Below are positions 37,195-47,118 of a stretch of DNA of 64,000 nucleotides, piece by piece. The DNA comes from Promethearchaeota archaeon (lineage in GTDB: Archaea; Asgardarchaeota; Lokiarchaeia; Sigyniarchaeales; SOKP01). Made by a program: the position numbers and the translations under genes. Within the stretch, counting starts at the first letter, position 1. Every line of letters begins with the position of its first letter. The notes beneath the pieces were generated by a model, which saw only the letters and a program-made list of their open reading frames with translations, ran no database searches and was not told where the DNA came from. The stretch spans positions 224,001 through 288,000 of the forward strand of contig JAUVNS010000004.1 in assembly GCA_030599585.1 (NCBI GenBank). Reading direction: 5' to 3'.

Positions 37195-37988
37195 TGATGA
37201 GTAAGCCCGTTTTACGAATAGTAGATATATGGAAGTCTTATGAAGACTTAGAAGTTTTAAAAGGCATAAGTTTTGAGCTAGCAGAAAAACAAGTTATAGT
37301 AGTTTTCGGACCCAGTGGTTCGGGGAAAAGTACTTTATTGCGTTGTATTAACATGTTGGACCCTCCAGATAAGGGAGAAATATATCTCTCTGGACAAAGT
37401 TTTATGGAACCTGGTGTAAAGCTTAATAAAATGCGAGAAAAAATAGGTATGGTTTTCCAGCACTTTAATTTATTTGCTCACCTCAAAGCAATTGATAATG
37501 TTGGCATTGGTTTACGAAGGGTAAAAGGTTTTTCTAAAGAAGATGCTCGTTCAAAAGCACTTGAAGCGTTAAAACGTGTTAAAATAGCAGAATGGGCAGA
37601 TCACTATCCCGCACAACTTTCAGGCGGTCAACAACAACGTGTAGGTATTGCACGTGCTTTAGCAATGGAGCCTGATTTGATATTATTTGACGAGCCTACC
37701 TCTGCTTTGGATCCCGAATTAATAGGAGAAGTTCTTCAAGTTATGTTAGATCTTGCTAAAGCTGGAACTACCATGCTAGTTATCACTCACGAAATGGGAT
37801 TTGCTCGAGCAGTCGCATCAGAAATGATATTTTTAGATGAAGGAGTAATTGTTGAAAAAGGAACGCCAAAACATTTTTTTGAATCACCTAAATCTGAGAG
37901 AGTTAAACATTTTCTAAGGCAAATTGATATCTTATATGGACGACATGAGGAACTTCTTGAGCCATCAAATAGGGAGGTAAATAAGTGA
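37194..37988 (+). CDS. polar amino-acid ABC transporter ATP-binding protein (GlnQ-like)
   Basis: GPSGSGKST, MVFQHFNLF, LSGGQQQRV, FDEPTSALDPE, THEMGFA. Confidence 0.93.
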   Translation: MMSKPVLRIVDIWKSYEDLEVLKGISFELAEKQVIVVFGPSGSGKSTLLRCINMLDPPDKGEIYLSGQSFMEPGVKLNKMREKIGMVFQHFNLFAHLKAIDNVGIGLRRVKGFSKEDARSKALEALKRVKIAEWADHYPAQLSGGQQQRVGIARALAMEPDLILFDEPTSALDPELIGEVLQVMLDLAKAGTTMLVITHEMGFARAVASEMIFLDEGVIVEKGTPKHFFESPKSERVKHFLRQIDILYGRHEELLEPSNREVNK

Positions 37989-38725
37989 TATTTCAACCCA
38001 GTTCCAACCCAATAGAGGATTTCTTTACAATTTTGACTTATTGGGATAAAATCTTTACTGGTTTTGTAATGACAATGTGGTTATATGCATGGGCACTTTT
38101 AATTGGATTTGCCATTGGTCTTATGTTGGCTATTTTACGACACTATGGTGGTAGGATAATATCTCCTATTGCAACCGGATACATTGAAATAGTGCGTGGT
38201 ACCCCAATGCTTGTCCAACTCTGGCTAATATACAGCCTACTCCTTAGACCGCTAGGACGAGGGGTCTGGTATACTAGCTTTGAATTCTTTGGAAGAGATA
38301 TCACACTAGTTTTTCTTAATGCTCGAATAATAATTTGTATAGTAACATTAAGTCTTAACAGTTCTGCGTATCAAGCTGAATATATACGTGGGTCAATATT
38401 ATCGGTTAGTACGGGACAGTTAACAGCCGCTCAATCTTTAGGTATGTCTAAAATCGCAAGTATTCGTCATGTTGTATTACCACAAGCTTTACGCCGAGTT
38501 ATTCCTTCATGGTCTAACGAAGCAGCTTATCTCCCAAAATATACTGTAATAGTTTCTATTATTGGTGTAGCAGATATATTTAATCAAGCTAAAAATATAG
38601 GATTTCAGACATTGCTCTATTTTCCTATTTATATATTTGTTGCAATTATATTTATAATTACAATATCACTTATTTCTAAAGCGTTGGACATCGTACATAA
38701 GCGAACTGCGATTCCGGGCTTGTGA
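37985..38725 (+). CDS. polar amino-acid ABC transporter permease
   Basis: RGTPMLVQL, SAYQAEYIRG, GQ..AA.SLGM, LPQALR. Confidence 0.9.
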   Translation: MIFQPSSNPIEDFFTILTYWDKIFTGFVMTMWLYAWALLIGFAIGLMLAILRHYGGRIISPIATGYIEIVRGTPMLVQLWLIYSLLLRPLGRGVWYTSFEFFGRDITLVFLNARIIICIVTLSLNSSAYQAEYIRGSILSVSTGQLTAAQSLGMSKIASIRHVVLPQALRRVIPSWSNEAAYLPKYTVIVSIIGVADIFNQAKNIGFQTLLYFPIYIFVAIIFIITISLISKALDIVHKRTAIPGL

Positions 38726-38783
38726 TCCAATAACTATCTATATGTCTTTTGAGTCAATTCAAACTCATAAATAAAAAAAAAGA

Positions 38784-39074
38784 TTATATTATTTCGAAGC
38801 ATGTTTTAACATCAGCACCCGGTTCGCATAATGGTAGAAAATCGGCGAGTGTTGTTGCTATTTTGTCAGTATGAGCCTTCATCGCTTCATCATCGACATA
38901 TTTCTCATAAAAGACGATCGAATTTTTATTTTTTCTCCCTCTTATTGTGTGCGGAGTATAAATTAAGCATCCTGGCTCAGATTCTTTTATTTTTGGTACA
39001 ATTTGTTTCAATACTTCTACTGCTTCTTCCATTTTTCCTTCTTTGACAGTAAACGTCGCTATTAAACAAACCAT
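38784..39074 (-). CDS. antibiotic biosynthesis monooxygenase (ABM) domain protein
   Basis: A.F.VKEGK, EPGCL.Y, FYEKY.D..A...H; ATG 39074 follows GGAG. Confidence 0.8.
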   Translation of the reverse strand: MVCLIATFTVKEGKMEEAVEVLKQIVPKIKESEPGCLIYTPHTIRGRKNKNSIVFYEKYVDDEAMKAHTDKIATTLADFLPLCEPGADVKTCFEII

Positions 39075-39267
39075 TTTTAATATCTCCAAATAAAGATAGT
39101 TATTATCGTATAAACCACTTTACTACTTAATCTTAATGCAAAAATACAATTCAGAGATGTAAAATCATTAATGTCTATGATTTCAAACCTTAATTTTATT
39201 ACTGAATCTTCTCTTTATTTTTTATTAGCTAAATGAAATATTAATTAAACAAATTGATTTATTCGAA

Positions 39268-40317
39268 ATGAAAATAATAGATTTACGATCGGATACAGTT
39301 ACGAAGCCCTCCCCTGAAATGTGGGAATACGTAAAATCAATGGGGAATTCTCGACTTGGAGACGATGTAATGGGAGAAGATCCTACCGTAAATGAGTTAG
39401 AGGAAAAAGCTGCGAAAATTATTGGAAAAGAAGCTGCACTTCTTGTAACCTCAGGAACTCAAGGTAATATAGTTTCACTTCTTTCACAAACTAAACCTGG
39501 AGACGAAATTCTTTTAGAAGAACTAAGCCATCTTTTTTTAAATGAAGTAGGGAGTGCGGCACGAATAGGAGGTTTAATGATTAGGACATTTTCTTCAGAT
39601 AGAGGCGTTCCTTCTTTTGAATACCTTCAATCTTTAATTCGAGATAAAGATGAAATACATGAGCCACCATCCACTCTATTATGTACCGAGAACACTCATA
39701 ATTACCATGGCGGTGCAATAGTTGAACTTGATGTGTTAAAGAAAATGAGAGATTTTGCTAACAAAAATGAATTAAAATTTCATTTAGATGGAGCAAGGCT
39801 TTTTAACGCAGCAGTCGGATTGAATGTACCTGTTACTGAAATTACTAAACACGCCAATAGCGTAATGTTCTGTCTATCAAAAGGCCTCTCATGTCCTGTA
39901 GGATCAATTGTTGCGGGTTCTAAAGATTTTATATCAAAAGCTAGGAGATTTCGAAAAATGCTTGGAGGAGGAATGCGTCAAGCTGGTATTATCGCTGCTT
40001 TTGGGCTTATTGCGTTAGAACCTAAATGGATAAATAGACTTGCGGACGATCATAAAAACGCAAAGATGCTTTCTCAAGGATTAGAAAATCTTAAATTGTG
40101 CATAAAAGTACATCCAACGGATACTAATATAGTTATAATTGAGATGTTAGAAAAGGTTAGAATTCTTAAAATTATTACAGCTCTCAATAAAGCAGGAATT
40201 TTAGCTTTTAACATTAGTAAAGAAAAAATTAGATTTGTAACTCATTATGGTATTAACGCAGATGATATTGATTATAGCATAGAGCAAATTGGGCTTATTT
40301 TAAAAAAGAATTTATAA
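39268..40317 (+). CDS. ltaE: low-specificity L-threonine aldolase
   Basis: DLRSDTVTKP, GDDVMGEDPTV, SGTQGN, ENTHN, HLDGARLFNA, CLSKGL, GGGMRQAG. Confidence 0.92.
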   Translation: MKIIDLRSDTVTKPSPEMWEYVKSMGNSRLGDDVMGEDPTVNELEEKAAKIIGKEAALLVTSGTQGNIVSLLSQTKPGDEILLEELSHLFLNEVGSAARIGGLMIRTFSSDRGVPSFEYLQSLIRDKDEIHEPPSTLLCTENTHNYHGGAIVELDVLKKMRDFANKNELKFHLDGARLFNAAVGLNVPVTEITKHANSVMFCLSKGLSCPVGSIVAGSKDFISKARRFRKMLGGGMRQAGIIAAFGLIALEPKWINRLADDHKNAKMLSQGLENLKLCIKVHPTDTNIVIIEMLEKVRILKIITALNKAGILAFNISKEKIRFVTHYGINADDIDYSIEQIGLILKKNL

Positions 40318-40365
40318 TATTTTAGAAATTAATAATCATATCTTGAGGGAGTTGGAATTTGAAAA

Positions 40366-41187
40366 ATGAAAATAGACGATTTTGAAGACATTTTATATGA
40401 GAAGGAAGAAAACGGTATTTGTACGATCACCATAAATAGACCAGAAAGAAGAAATGCAGTTACTTATCTTTCCTTTTTAGAAATTTTTACTGTTTTAGAA
40501 GATATGGAAAAAGATAAAGACGCCAAAGTCCTGATAATCACTGGAAATCCTGAGGGAAATGCATTTTCATCCGGAGGATATTTCGAACCAAATTATTTTG
40601 AAAAGATACAAAAAGAGATTAGAATGGAAATAGATCTCATGGATATTGCTCAAAAAAAATTATGTATGGCACTTTGGAAATTTACTAAACCCGTTATTGC
40701 TGCAATAAATGGATTAGCAATTGGTGGTGCCATTACTATGCCATTATCTGGAGCGGATCTTATATACATAGCTGATGATGCTTGGTTGGGATTTTATTTT
40801 TCTCAGAGAGCCATTATCCCTGAATTCAGCGCCTCGTTTATTTTGCCTTTTTTAGTTGGATTTCAAAGAGCTAAAGAAATTTGTTTTTTTGGAGACAAAA
40901 TCACTGCCCAAAAAGCTTTTGAGCTTGGTCTCGTGAACAAAGTCTTACCAAAGGAAGAATTAATACCATTTGCTAGACAACAAGCTTTGAGATTAATTCC
41001 TCCCCAAGGACCATCTCTATCACTAAAACTAATGAAAAAAACCATGCACGCTTACTTCATTGATATTTTAGATAAGACATTAGATTTAGAAAATAAAAGT
41101 TTAAGGAAAACATTTAGATCAACGGATTTCAACGAATCAATGAGAGCATTAAAAGAAAAGAGAGACCCAATTTTTATTGGGCGATAA
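40366..41187 (+). CDS. crotonase-family protein, enoyl-CoA isomerase-like
   Basis: NRPERRNA, FSSGG, KPVIAAING.AIG; lacks the usual hydratase Glu pair and has F....I.PE instead. Confidence 0.8.
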   Translation: MKIDDFEDILYEKEENGICTITINRPERRNAVTYLSFLEIFTVLEDMEKDKDAKVLIITGNPEGNAFSSGGYFEPNYFEKIQKEIRMEIDLMDIAQKKLCMALWKFTKPVIAAINGLAIGGAITMPLSGADLIYIADDAWLGFYFSQRAIIPEFSASFILPFLVGFQRAKEICFFGDKITAQKAFELGLVNKVLPKEELIPFARQQALRLIPPQGPSLSLKLMKKTMHAYFIDILDKTLDLENKSLRKTFRSTDFNESMRALKEKRDPIFIGR

Positions 41188-41199
41188 TTTAAAAGATTT

Positions 41200-42024
41200 T
41201 TACTTAGATCTCCATTTCGGTTTAGTTTTCTGCAATCTTGCGAGAGCTCCGGACATTGCATCTTTAGTTTGAAGTAATTGGGAACTAACTAAAGTTTCTA
41301 ATTCAAGCCCAAAAAATACATCTTTCCCATAACAATTGTCAATTAATTTTTTTGCTAAACCTACGGCGAGTGGAGCGCTATCAATAAGTTCGTCAGAATA
41401 CATTTTAATAATTGAATCTAATTCCCCGGGAGTTTTTGCTACTCTATTGACAACCCCAAGCCTGTACGCTTCGTTTCCGTCGAAATTCCTTCCAGTTAAA
41501 ATAATGTCTTTAGCGTTAGGGATTCCACATAGTCTTACTGTTCTTATAGTGCCTCCTACATCTGGATTCATCCCAATCTTTGTTTCTAACATGCTAAAAT
41601 TCGCGGAATCTAAACAGAATCTAAAGTCACAAGCGAGTGCTAGCTCAAAAGCCATTCCAAAACAATAACCGTTAATTTTTGCTATTACTGGTTTTTCCAT
41701 TTTCTCAATTTTAGTAAAAATTGGTTGGATCCAAGTATTAGCGAAATATCTAAAATTGCGGGGTACTCTTAAATCCGGGATTACACCTTCTGGATCTTTT
41801 TCTTGGCCCGTTAAAAAGTTCAAATCGATACCTGCACTAAAAAACTCATCCCCCCCTGTAATAACGACCACCCGAGTTTTAGATCTTTCTATTTTATCTA
41901 TCGCATTCTGAAGTCCTACTAATATATCATAATTCATCGCATTCTTCTTTTCTGGACGGTTCAATTTTATAGTTGTTATACTTCCATCTTCGTTTTCTTC
42001 TATTAAAACTGCTTTTTCATTCAC
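41200..42024 (-). CDS. enoyl-CoA hydratase
   Basis: NRPEKKNA, FSAGIDL, FELALACDFR, LETKIG..PD.GG (both catalytic Glu present). Confidence 0.88.
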   Translation of the reverse strand: MNEKAVLIEENEDGSITTIKLNRPEKKNAMNYDILVGLQNAIDKIERSKTRVVVITGGDEFFSAGIDLNFLTGQEKDPEGVIPDLRVPRNFRYFANTWIQPIFTKIEKMEKPVIAKINGYCFGMAFELALACDFRFCLDSANFSMLETKIGMNPDVGGTIRTVRLCGIPNAKDIILTGRNFDGNEAYRLGVVNRVAKTPGELDSIIKMYSDELIDSAPLAVGLAKKLIDNCYGKDVFFGLELETLVSSQLLQTKDAMSGALARLQKTKPKWRSK

Positions 42025-42099
42025 AATTTTTCACTTTAATAATTTTAATTAATTCTTATAAACATAATAAAGGTAAAAAAAAAATGTATTAAATTTTTA

Positions 42100-42549
42100 T
42101 TATATTGGCTCGAAATATTCTATGTCTAAAATTCTTTTTCTTGGTTTTTCTTTAAAAACTGCTTTAACCTTCATCCCTATTTTTAGTTTTTCTGGATCGC
42201 TTTCTTTAATGATGTGAACAAAGTCGGTATCTGCACCATCGAGTCTGATAATTCCATAAGCGAACGGTGGTTCTAAAGGCATAACTGGAGTAGAATGAGT
42301 GATTACAGTAAACCCTTTAACAATTCCTTGATTTCCGATCTCAACCCATTCTTCCATTTTTTCAAAACATTCGAAACAAATCATTTTAGGAGGAACATAA
42401 ACTTTTTTGCACTTTGGGCATTTAACGCCGAAAATCTTGTTGTTTTTTCCAATTTCGGTGATAAATTTTTCAACATAAGCTCCAGCGGTGTGTTTATAAG
42501 GAACTTTAATCCGACCTCTAAATACTTTTTTCTCAATTTCTTGGCTCAT
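42100..42549 (-). CDS. DUF35 Zn-ribbon/OB-fold protein
   Basis: CPKC..VPPKMICFEC, PFAYGIIRLDGADT. Confidence 0.9.
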   Translation of the reverse strand: MSQEIEKKVFRGRIKVPYKHTAGAYVEKFITEIGKNNKIFGVKCPKCKKVYVPPKMICFECFEKMEEWVEIGNQGIVKGFTVITHSTPVMPLEPPFAYGIIRLDGADTDFVHIIKESDPEKLKIGMKVKAVFKEKPRKRILDIEYFEPI

Positions 42550-42566
42550 TTTTTATCCCTCTAAAT

Positions 42567-43055
42567 TTATTTCTCCTCTTTAATAACTTTATAATACATA
42601 ATATCTCCTATATTGCCTTCTCTTTCTTCTTTAAAAACGGCTTCAACGCGTTGTCCAACTTTCAGCTTGGTATGATCTGTTTCATTAATAAAGTGCATTG
42701 TATAAGTATCAGCACCATCCAATTTAAATAACGCATAACCGTAAGGGAATGGACGTAATCCTCCCGTAGCAGGGTCTGTAAATGGATAATTTATGACTGT
42801 GAATCCTTCTAAAGTACCTCTCGGCGATAATTCAACCATATCCTCGACAGTCATTTCAATAAAACATTCAGCACAGACTGCCCTTGGTGGAGAGTGTACT
42901 TTTCCACATTTTGAGCATTTACTCCCCATTATCTTCTTATTATCCTTTAATTCTTCAAAGAATTTTACTGCTAATTTGCCAATCGAATATCTATAAGGTA
43001 AATCCGTTTTCCATTTAATTTCAAATATTTTTTCTTGACCTTTTTTTCTACTCAT
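42567..43055 (-). CDS. DUF35 Zn-ribbon/OB-fold protein
   Basis: CSKC..PPRAVCAEC, PYGYALFKLDGADT. Confidence 0.9.
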   Translation of the reverse strand: MSRKKGQEKIFEIKWKTDLPYRYSIGKLAVKFFEELKDNKKIMGSKCSKCGKVHSPPRAVCAECFIEMTVEDMVELSPRGTLEGFTVINYPFTDPATGGLRPFPYGYALFKLDGADTYTMHFINETDHTKLKVGQRVEAVFKEEREGNIGDIMYYKVIKEEK

Positions 43056-43059
43056 AGTA

Positions 43060-44226
43060 TCACCTCATTGGCTCCTTTCCGAGTATTAAAATTTCAGTCC
43101 AAAGACTTCCACCAAAACCCATAGCAAGAGCTTTTTCTACATCGGGTACTTGTCTTTTCTCACCCCTTCCCATTACCTGAATTGCAGCTTCTGCTACTCG
43201 AATCAGTGCTGTAGCTCCAATCGGATTAGTGCTTAATACGCCTCCTGAGGGGTTAACTGGAAACTCTCCACTCATTAATGTTATCCCTTCGTCTAATAAT
43301 TTTCCACCTTCACCAGGTTTGCAAAATCCTAACGCTTCGGTCCATGAAAGTTCGCTCCAAGATGTTGGTTCATAGATTTCTGCTACATCTAAATCCTTTA
43401 CAGGGTTTTTAATGCCTGCTTTTTTATAAGCTTTCTTCGACGCGAAAGTTGCCGATGGAAGATCATACATTTTATCGTCAGTTCCAAAAGTATAGTAATG
43501 GGCCGTTTCTACAGCGTGGAACCAAGCGGGGTTATCGGTTATCTTTTTAGTTTCTTCCTCATTAGCGTAAATAAGAGCACAAGCGCCTTCGCTTTGGGGG
43601 CAAACATCGTGTAATCTTAAAGGGTACGATATCATTTGAGAGCTCATAACATAATCAATTGTAATGTTTGGCATCTGCAGGTGAGCAAATGGATTATTTG
43701 CAGCGTTGCTCCTATTTTTTACTGTAACTTTTGCCGCTTGTTCGGCAGTAATTCCATATTTGGCAGAATACATACCTGCCATAAGGGCTAATGGACCTAG
43801 CGCTCCAGCTAAAGAAGGCCGTTCCCATACTGGATCAAAAGCTGTAATTATACCCGTTGTTGCTCCACCTTCGTTTAATTTTTCCCAACCAATTACTAAA
43901 ACATTGTCATAAATTCCTGAGGCAACATTGTGATAACCACAAATCGCTAATGAACTACCAGTTGTTCCCCCTGTCGCTACTTTTACTATTGGCTTTAAAT
44001 ATCCCGGTGCAGCTTCAATTCCACACATTAATTCTGAAAAATTAATTCCTTCAAAATGGTCCATATTTCCAATAATTAACGCATCAATATCTTTAGGTTC
44101 AAGTTGAGCATCGTCAAGAGCCATCTTAACTGCTTCATATACCATCTCAGGAATATTTACATCTCTTCTCTTGCTTCTAAATTTGGTTTGACCTATACCT
44201 ACAACAGCTACATCGTGTTTAGGCAT
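43060..44226 (-). CDS. Ltp3-like thiolase-fold protein (non-canonical)
   Basis: GQTKF.SKRRDV, WEK, AEIYEP.SW.E, NPSGGVLSTNPIGA; no catalytic Cys/His set; resembles actinobacterial Ltp3 as recalled. Confidence 0.8.
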   Translation of the reverse strand: MPKHDVAVVGIGQTKFRSKRRDVNIPEMVYEAVKMALDDAQLEPKDIDALIIGNMDHFEGINFSELMCGIEAAPGYLKPIVKVATGGTTGSSLAICGYHNVASGIYDNVLVIGWEKLNEGGATTGIITAFDPVWERPSLAGALGPLALMAGMYSAKYGITAEQAAKVTVKNRSNAANNPFAHLQMPNITIDYVMSSQMISYPLRLHDVCPQSEGACALIYANEEETKKITDNPAWFHAVETAHYYTFGTDDKMYDLPSATFASKKAYKKAGIKNPVKDLDVAEIYEPTSWSELSWTEALGFCKPGEGGKLLDEGITLMSGEFPVNPSGGVLSTNPIGATALIRVAEAAIQVMGRGEKRQVPDVEKALAMGFGGSLWTEILILGKEPMR

Positions 44227-44228
44227 TA

Positions 44229-45389
44229 TTATTCACCCCCAAAAATTAAAACGCAGTTACCTTGAGAACAAATACCGTTCATACCATAAGCAAGACCAGT
44301 TTTTGCGTTAGAAACTTGTCTTTTATCAGCATTTCCCTGTAATTGTAAAGCAATTTCTGCTACTCTAATTAAACCGTTGGCCATAGTTGGGTTGCTGGAT
44401 AGCACTCCTCCAGAGGGATTTACGGGGATTGAACCATTCATCTCCGTTTCACCGTTTTCGATGAACTTACCACCCTCTCCCTTATCACACAGTCCTAACG
44501 CCTCATAAATCATAAGTTCGTGAACACTAAAACTTTCGCTTATTTCACATACATCTAAATTATCTCGAGGATTGTTTACACCTGCCATTCGATAAGCTTC
44601 CTTAGCTGCTAATTCTAACCCAATTAAATCGGTCATATTTCTATTTCCCAAATAATACGCATCAGTGCAATTTCCATAACCTTTAAACCAAACAGGAGTT
44701 TCTGTCATTTTTTTAGCAACATCTTCTTTTGCTAAAAGCATTGCAACTGCTCCGTCTGAAAATGGAGGAAAATCTAGTTCTTTCAGAGGATAGGCCATCA
44801 TCTTAGAATTGAGCACATCTTTAATTGTAATTTCTTCCCGTAAATGTGCGTAAGGGTTGTTGAGGGCATTTTTTCGATTTTTAACCACAACCTTAGCTGC
44901 TTGTTTTTCAGTCACACCGTATTTATTCATATACATGTTTGCCATTAATCCAGCAGATGAAATTTGATCAAGACCTAAATGTCTTTGATAATATGGATCA
45001 AAGATGGTGTTATTTACCAGGTATTGGCTAACTTCAGAGCACTTACAATGGGAAACCACCATGACTGTATCATAAGATTCTGATAAAATCCTCATTGCAC
45101 CGTACATAAAAGCAAAAGCACCATCCCCAGAAACCCTAGATTCTGCTTTTCTTACCGATCCCACGGCATCTTGTATAGCCATGTTTGCGATGGTTCTCCC
45201 ATCGTTAAAATCATTAGAACTTGTAATTACGCATCCCACATCATCATTTGTAATCCCTAAATTGTTGTGAAGTTTCTTTACAACCTCAAAAACAAGTTCA
45301 GAATAAGTTTGATCTATTTTATCTTCTTCATACTTAGTTTGAGCGACTCCTACAATAGCTACTTTTCCAATCTTTGTCATTTTCACCAA
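44229..45389 (-). CDS. Ltp4-like thiolase-fold protein (non-canonical)
   Basis: LGIT..D.G....S.DF..GR, ESRV..DGA.A, DPY, NPSGGVLSSNPTMANGL; resembles actinobacterial Ltp4 as recalled. Confidence 0.8.
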   Translation of the reverse strand: MVKMTKIGKVAIVGVAQTKYEEDKIDQTYSELVFEVVKKLHNNLGITNDDVGCVITSSNDFNDGRTIANMAIQDAVGSVRKAESRVSGDGAFAFMYGAMRILSESYDTVMVVSHCKCSEVSQYLVNNTIFDPYYQRHLGLDQISSAGLMANMYMNKYGVTEKQAAKVVVKNRKNALNNPYAHLREEITIKDVLNSKMMAYPLKELDFPPFSDGAVAMLLAKEDVAKKMTETPVWFKGYGNCTDAYYLGNRNMTDLIGLELAAKEAYRMAGVNNPRDNLDVCEISESFSVHELMIYEALGLCDKGEGGKFIENGETEMNGSIPVNPSGGVLSSNPTMANGLIRVAEIALQLQGNADKRQVSNAKTGLAYGMNGICSQGNCVLIFGGE

Positions 45390-45512
45390 AATTAAATTTA
45401 ATTCATTAAATTATTAATTGAGTTAATTTTTACTTTTTAAAATTTAAATATTAGTATATTTAATATCTTAATCAACAAATTATAAAATTAAATCCAAAAA
45501 AAATACAGAGTT

Positions 45513-46421
45513 GTGAAAAAGATGTCAGAATCGAACCCAGAAAATAAATTAGTTATTTCAGCAGCATTAGCTGGTGCAATTACTACTAAAACGAATAATC
45601 CGAATGTTCCCTATACAGCAGAAGAATTTGGAGATGAAGCAAAAAAGTGTTACGATGCGGGTGCTGCTATCGTTCATATCCATGCTCGACACCCTGAGAA
45701 AGGTAACCCTACGCACGATTTAGATTTAATAAAAGCTGTGTTAGTTGATATAAAATCAAAGGCTCCGGATTTAATAATCAATTTAAGTACTGCAATAAGC
45801 TCAATTGCTACTGATAAACAAAGAATCGCACCTGTACAAACCTACAAACCTCCTATAGCTTCATTAAATACTGCGTCGATGAATTTCGCAATTGGTGATT
45901 ATAGAACAGGAAAAGTTGGTATGGGAGCAGGAAATATCTTCGCAAATACCTTTAAAACTATTTCGAAATTTGCGAAAGAGATGAAAAAAGCTGGAACTAA
46001 ACCAGAAATGGAAATTTACGACTTAGGAGGCTTGTATAATATGCTTTTCCTAAATAGACAAGAAGGTGCATTCACCCAACCACTTCACTTCCAGTTTGTT
46101 TGGGGCGTACTCGGAGGTATTCCTTTAACACCACGAAATCTCGCTTTGGTGCTAGAATTAAAGCCGCTAAATGCTACTTGGAGTGTTTGTGGTGTTTCTA
46201 AACAACAATTTCAGGGGGGATTGTGTGCTGCAGCATGGGGTGGACATATTCGTGTTGGTTTAGAAGATAATACTCGGAATGTTTCAGGTGAATTAGCTAA
46301 AGGCAGTTACGAACAAGTAATTTGGGCTAAAAAAGTAGCTGAGGCTGCGGGACGTGAAATTGCCCTAGGCGAAGAAGCAAGAAAAATATTTCATCTAAAA
46401 CAAGAACATGTTATATTATAA
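45513..46421 (+). CDS. beta-keto acid cleavage enzyme (BKACE / DUF849, Kce-like)
   Basis: AALAGA, PYT.EE, AGAAIVHIHAR, ASLN, KPEMEIYD, RVGLEDN. Confidence 0.9.
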   Translation: MKKMSESNPENKLVISAALAGAITTKTNNPNVPYTAEEFGDEAKKCYDAGAAIVHIHARHPEKGNPTHDLDLIKAVLVDIKSKAPDLIINLSTAISSIATDKQRIAPVQTYKPPIASLNTASMNFAIGDYRTGKVGMGAGNIFANTFKTISKFAKEMKKAGTKPEMEIYDLGGLYNMLFLNRQEGAFTQPLHFQFVWGVLGGIPLTPRNLALVLELKPLNATWSVCGVSKQQFQGGLCAAAWGGHIRVGLEDNTRNVSGELAKGSYEQVIWAKKVAEAAGREIALGEEARKIFHLKQEHVIL

Positions 46422-46425
46422 GGAT

Positions 46426-46478
46426 TAGGTTGAATTTAAACTCAAATTTAATTCTAAACCTATATTAATTTTTTTTTA
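46426..46478. terminator. probable terminator between convergent genes
   Basis: Imperfect inverted repeat TAGGTTGAATT...AATTCTAAACCTA followed by a T-run. Confidence 0.4.
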
Positions 46479-46515
46479 TCGTAATAGAATTAAAAAAATA
46501 AGAAAAAAATTAAAA

Positions 46516-47115
46516 TTAAAAAGTAAAACCTTCTGGTAGTTCTGATTCTGAGGTTCCTTCGACAACAAACCTTAGATCCGTGATTGTATAAGTAGGTGCT
46601 TTGGTGTTAAAAATTGGTACTACTTTTTTATCAAATTCCGGTTCTCCAGCAGCTAAAACACTCATTAATATGGTAACTACACCTTCAAACTCTATATTTA
46701 TGAACTTTATAGGCATTGGAAGGGAATTAAACGCACCAGACCTATGAGTAATAATGTAGGAATGAATTTTTGCAGTAGTTTTTGCTAAATCAGTCATATC
46801 GATAATAGTATTCTTCCTCAAACAATCCGGACAATAGATTCGAAAAGGCTGATAAATTGATCCCTTTACTTCACATTTTTCGTTATCACATCTTGTCGCC
46901 ATTAATTTTCCTTTTCCCAAACCTTCGAAAAAAGGAGCTTCTGCACCGTAAGAATGCATATAAGTCATATCACGAGGGTTGGTTATACCTGCTAATTTCC
47001 CCGTATCTTTGTTAAATATTGGCTGATTCGCCTCTGGAATGTGAAATACTCCTTTTGGTTTATATCTTCCATTAACTACATCTACAAATCCTTTTTCATT
47101 TTCTGTTTTTGGCAT
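46516..47115 (-). CDS. DUF35 Zn-ribbon/OB-fold protein (extended)
   Basis: FFEGL..GKLMATRC....C.....P.R.YCPDC; downstream of a thiolase-fold gene. Confidence 0.8.
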   Translation of the reverse strand: MPKTENEKGFVDVVNGRYKPKGVFHIPEANQPIFNKDTGKLAGITNPRDMTYMHSYGAEAPFFEGLGKGKLMATRCDNEKCEVKGSIYQPFRIYCPDCLRKNTIIDMTDLAKTTAKIHSYIITHRSGAFNSLPMPIKFINIEFEGVVTILMSVLAAGEPEFDKKVVPIFNTKAPTYTITDLRFVVEGTSESELPEGFTF

Positions 47116-47118
47116 CTT

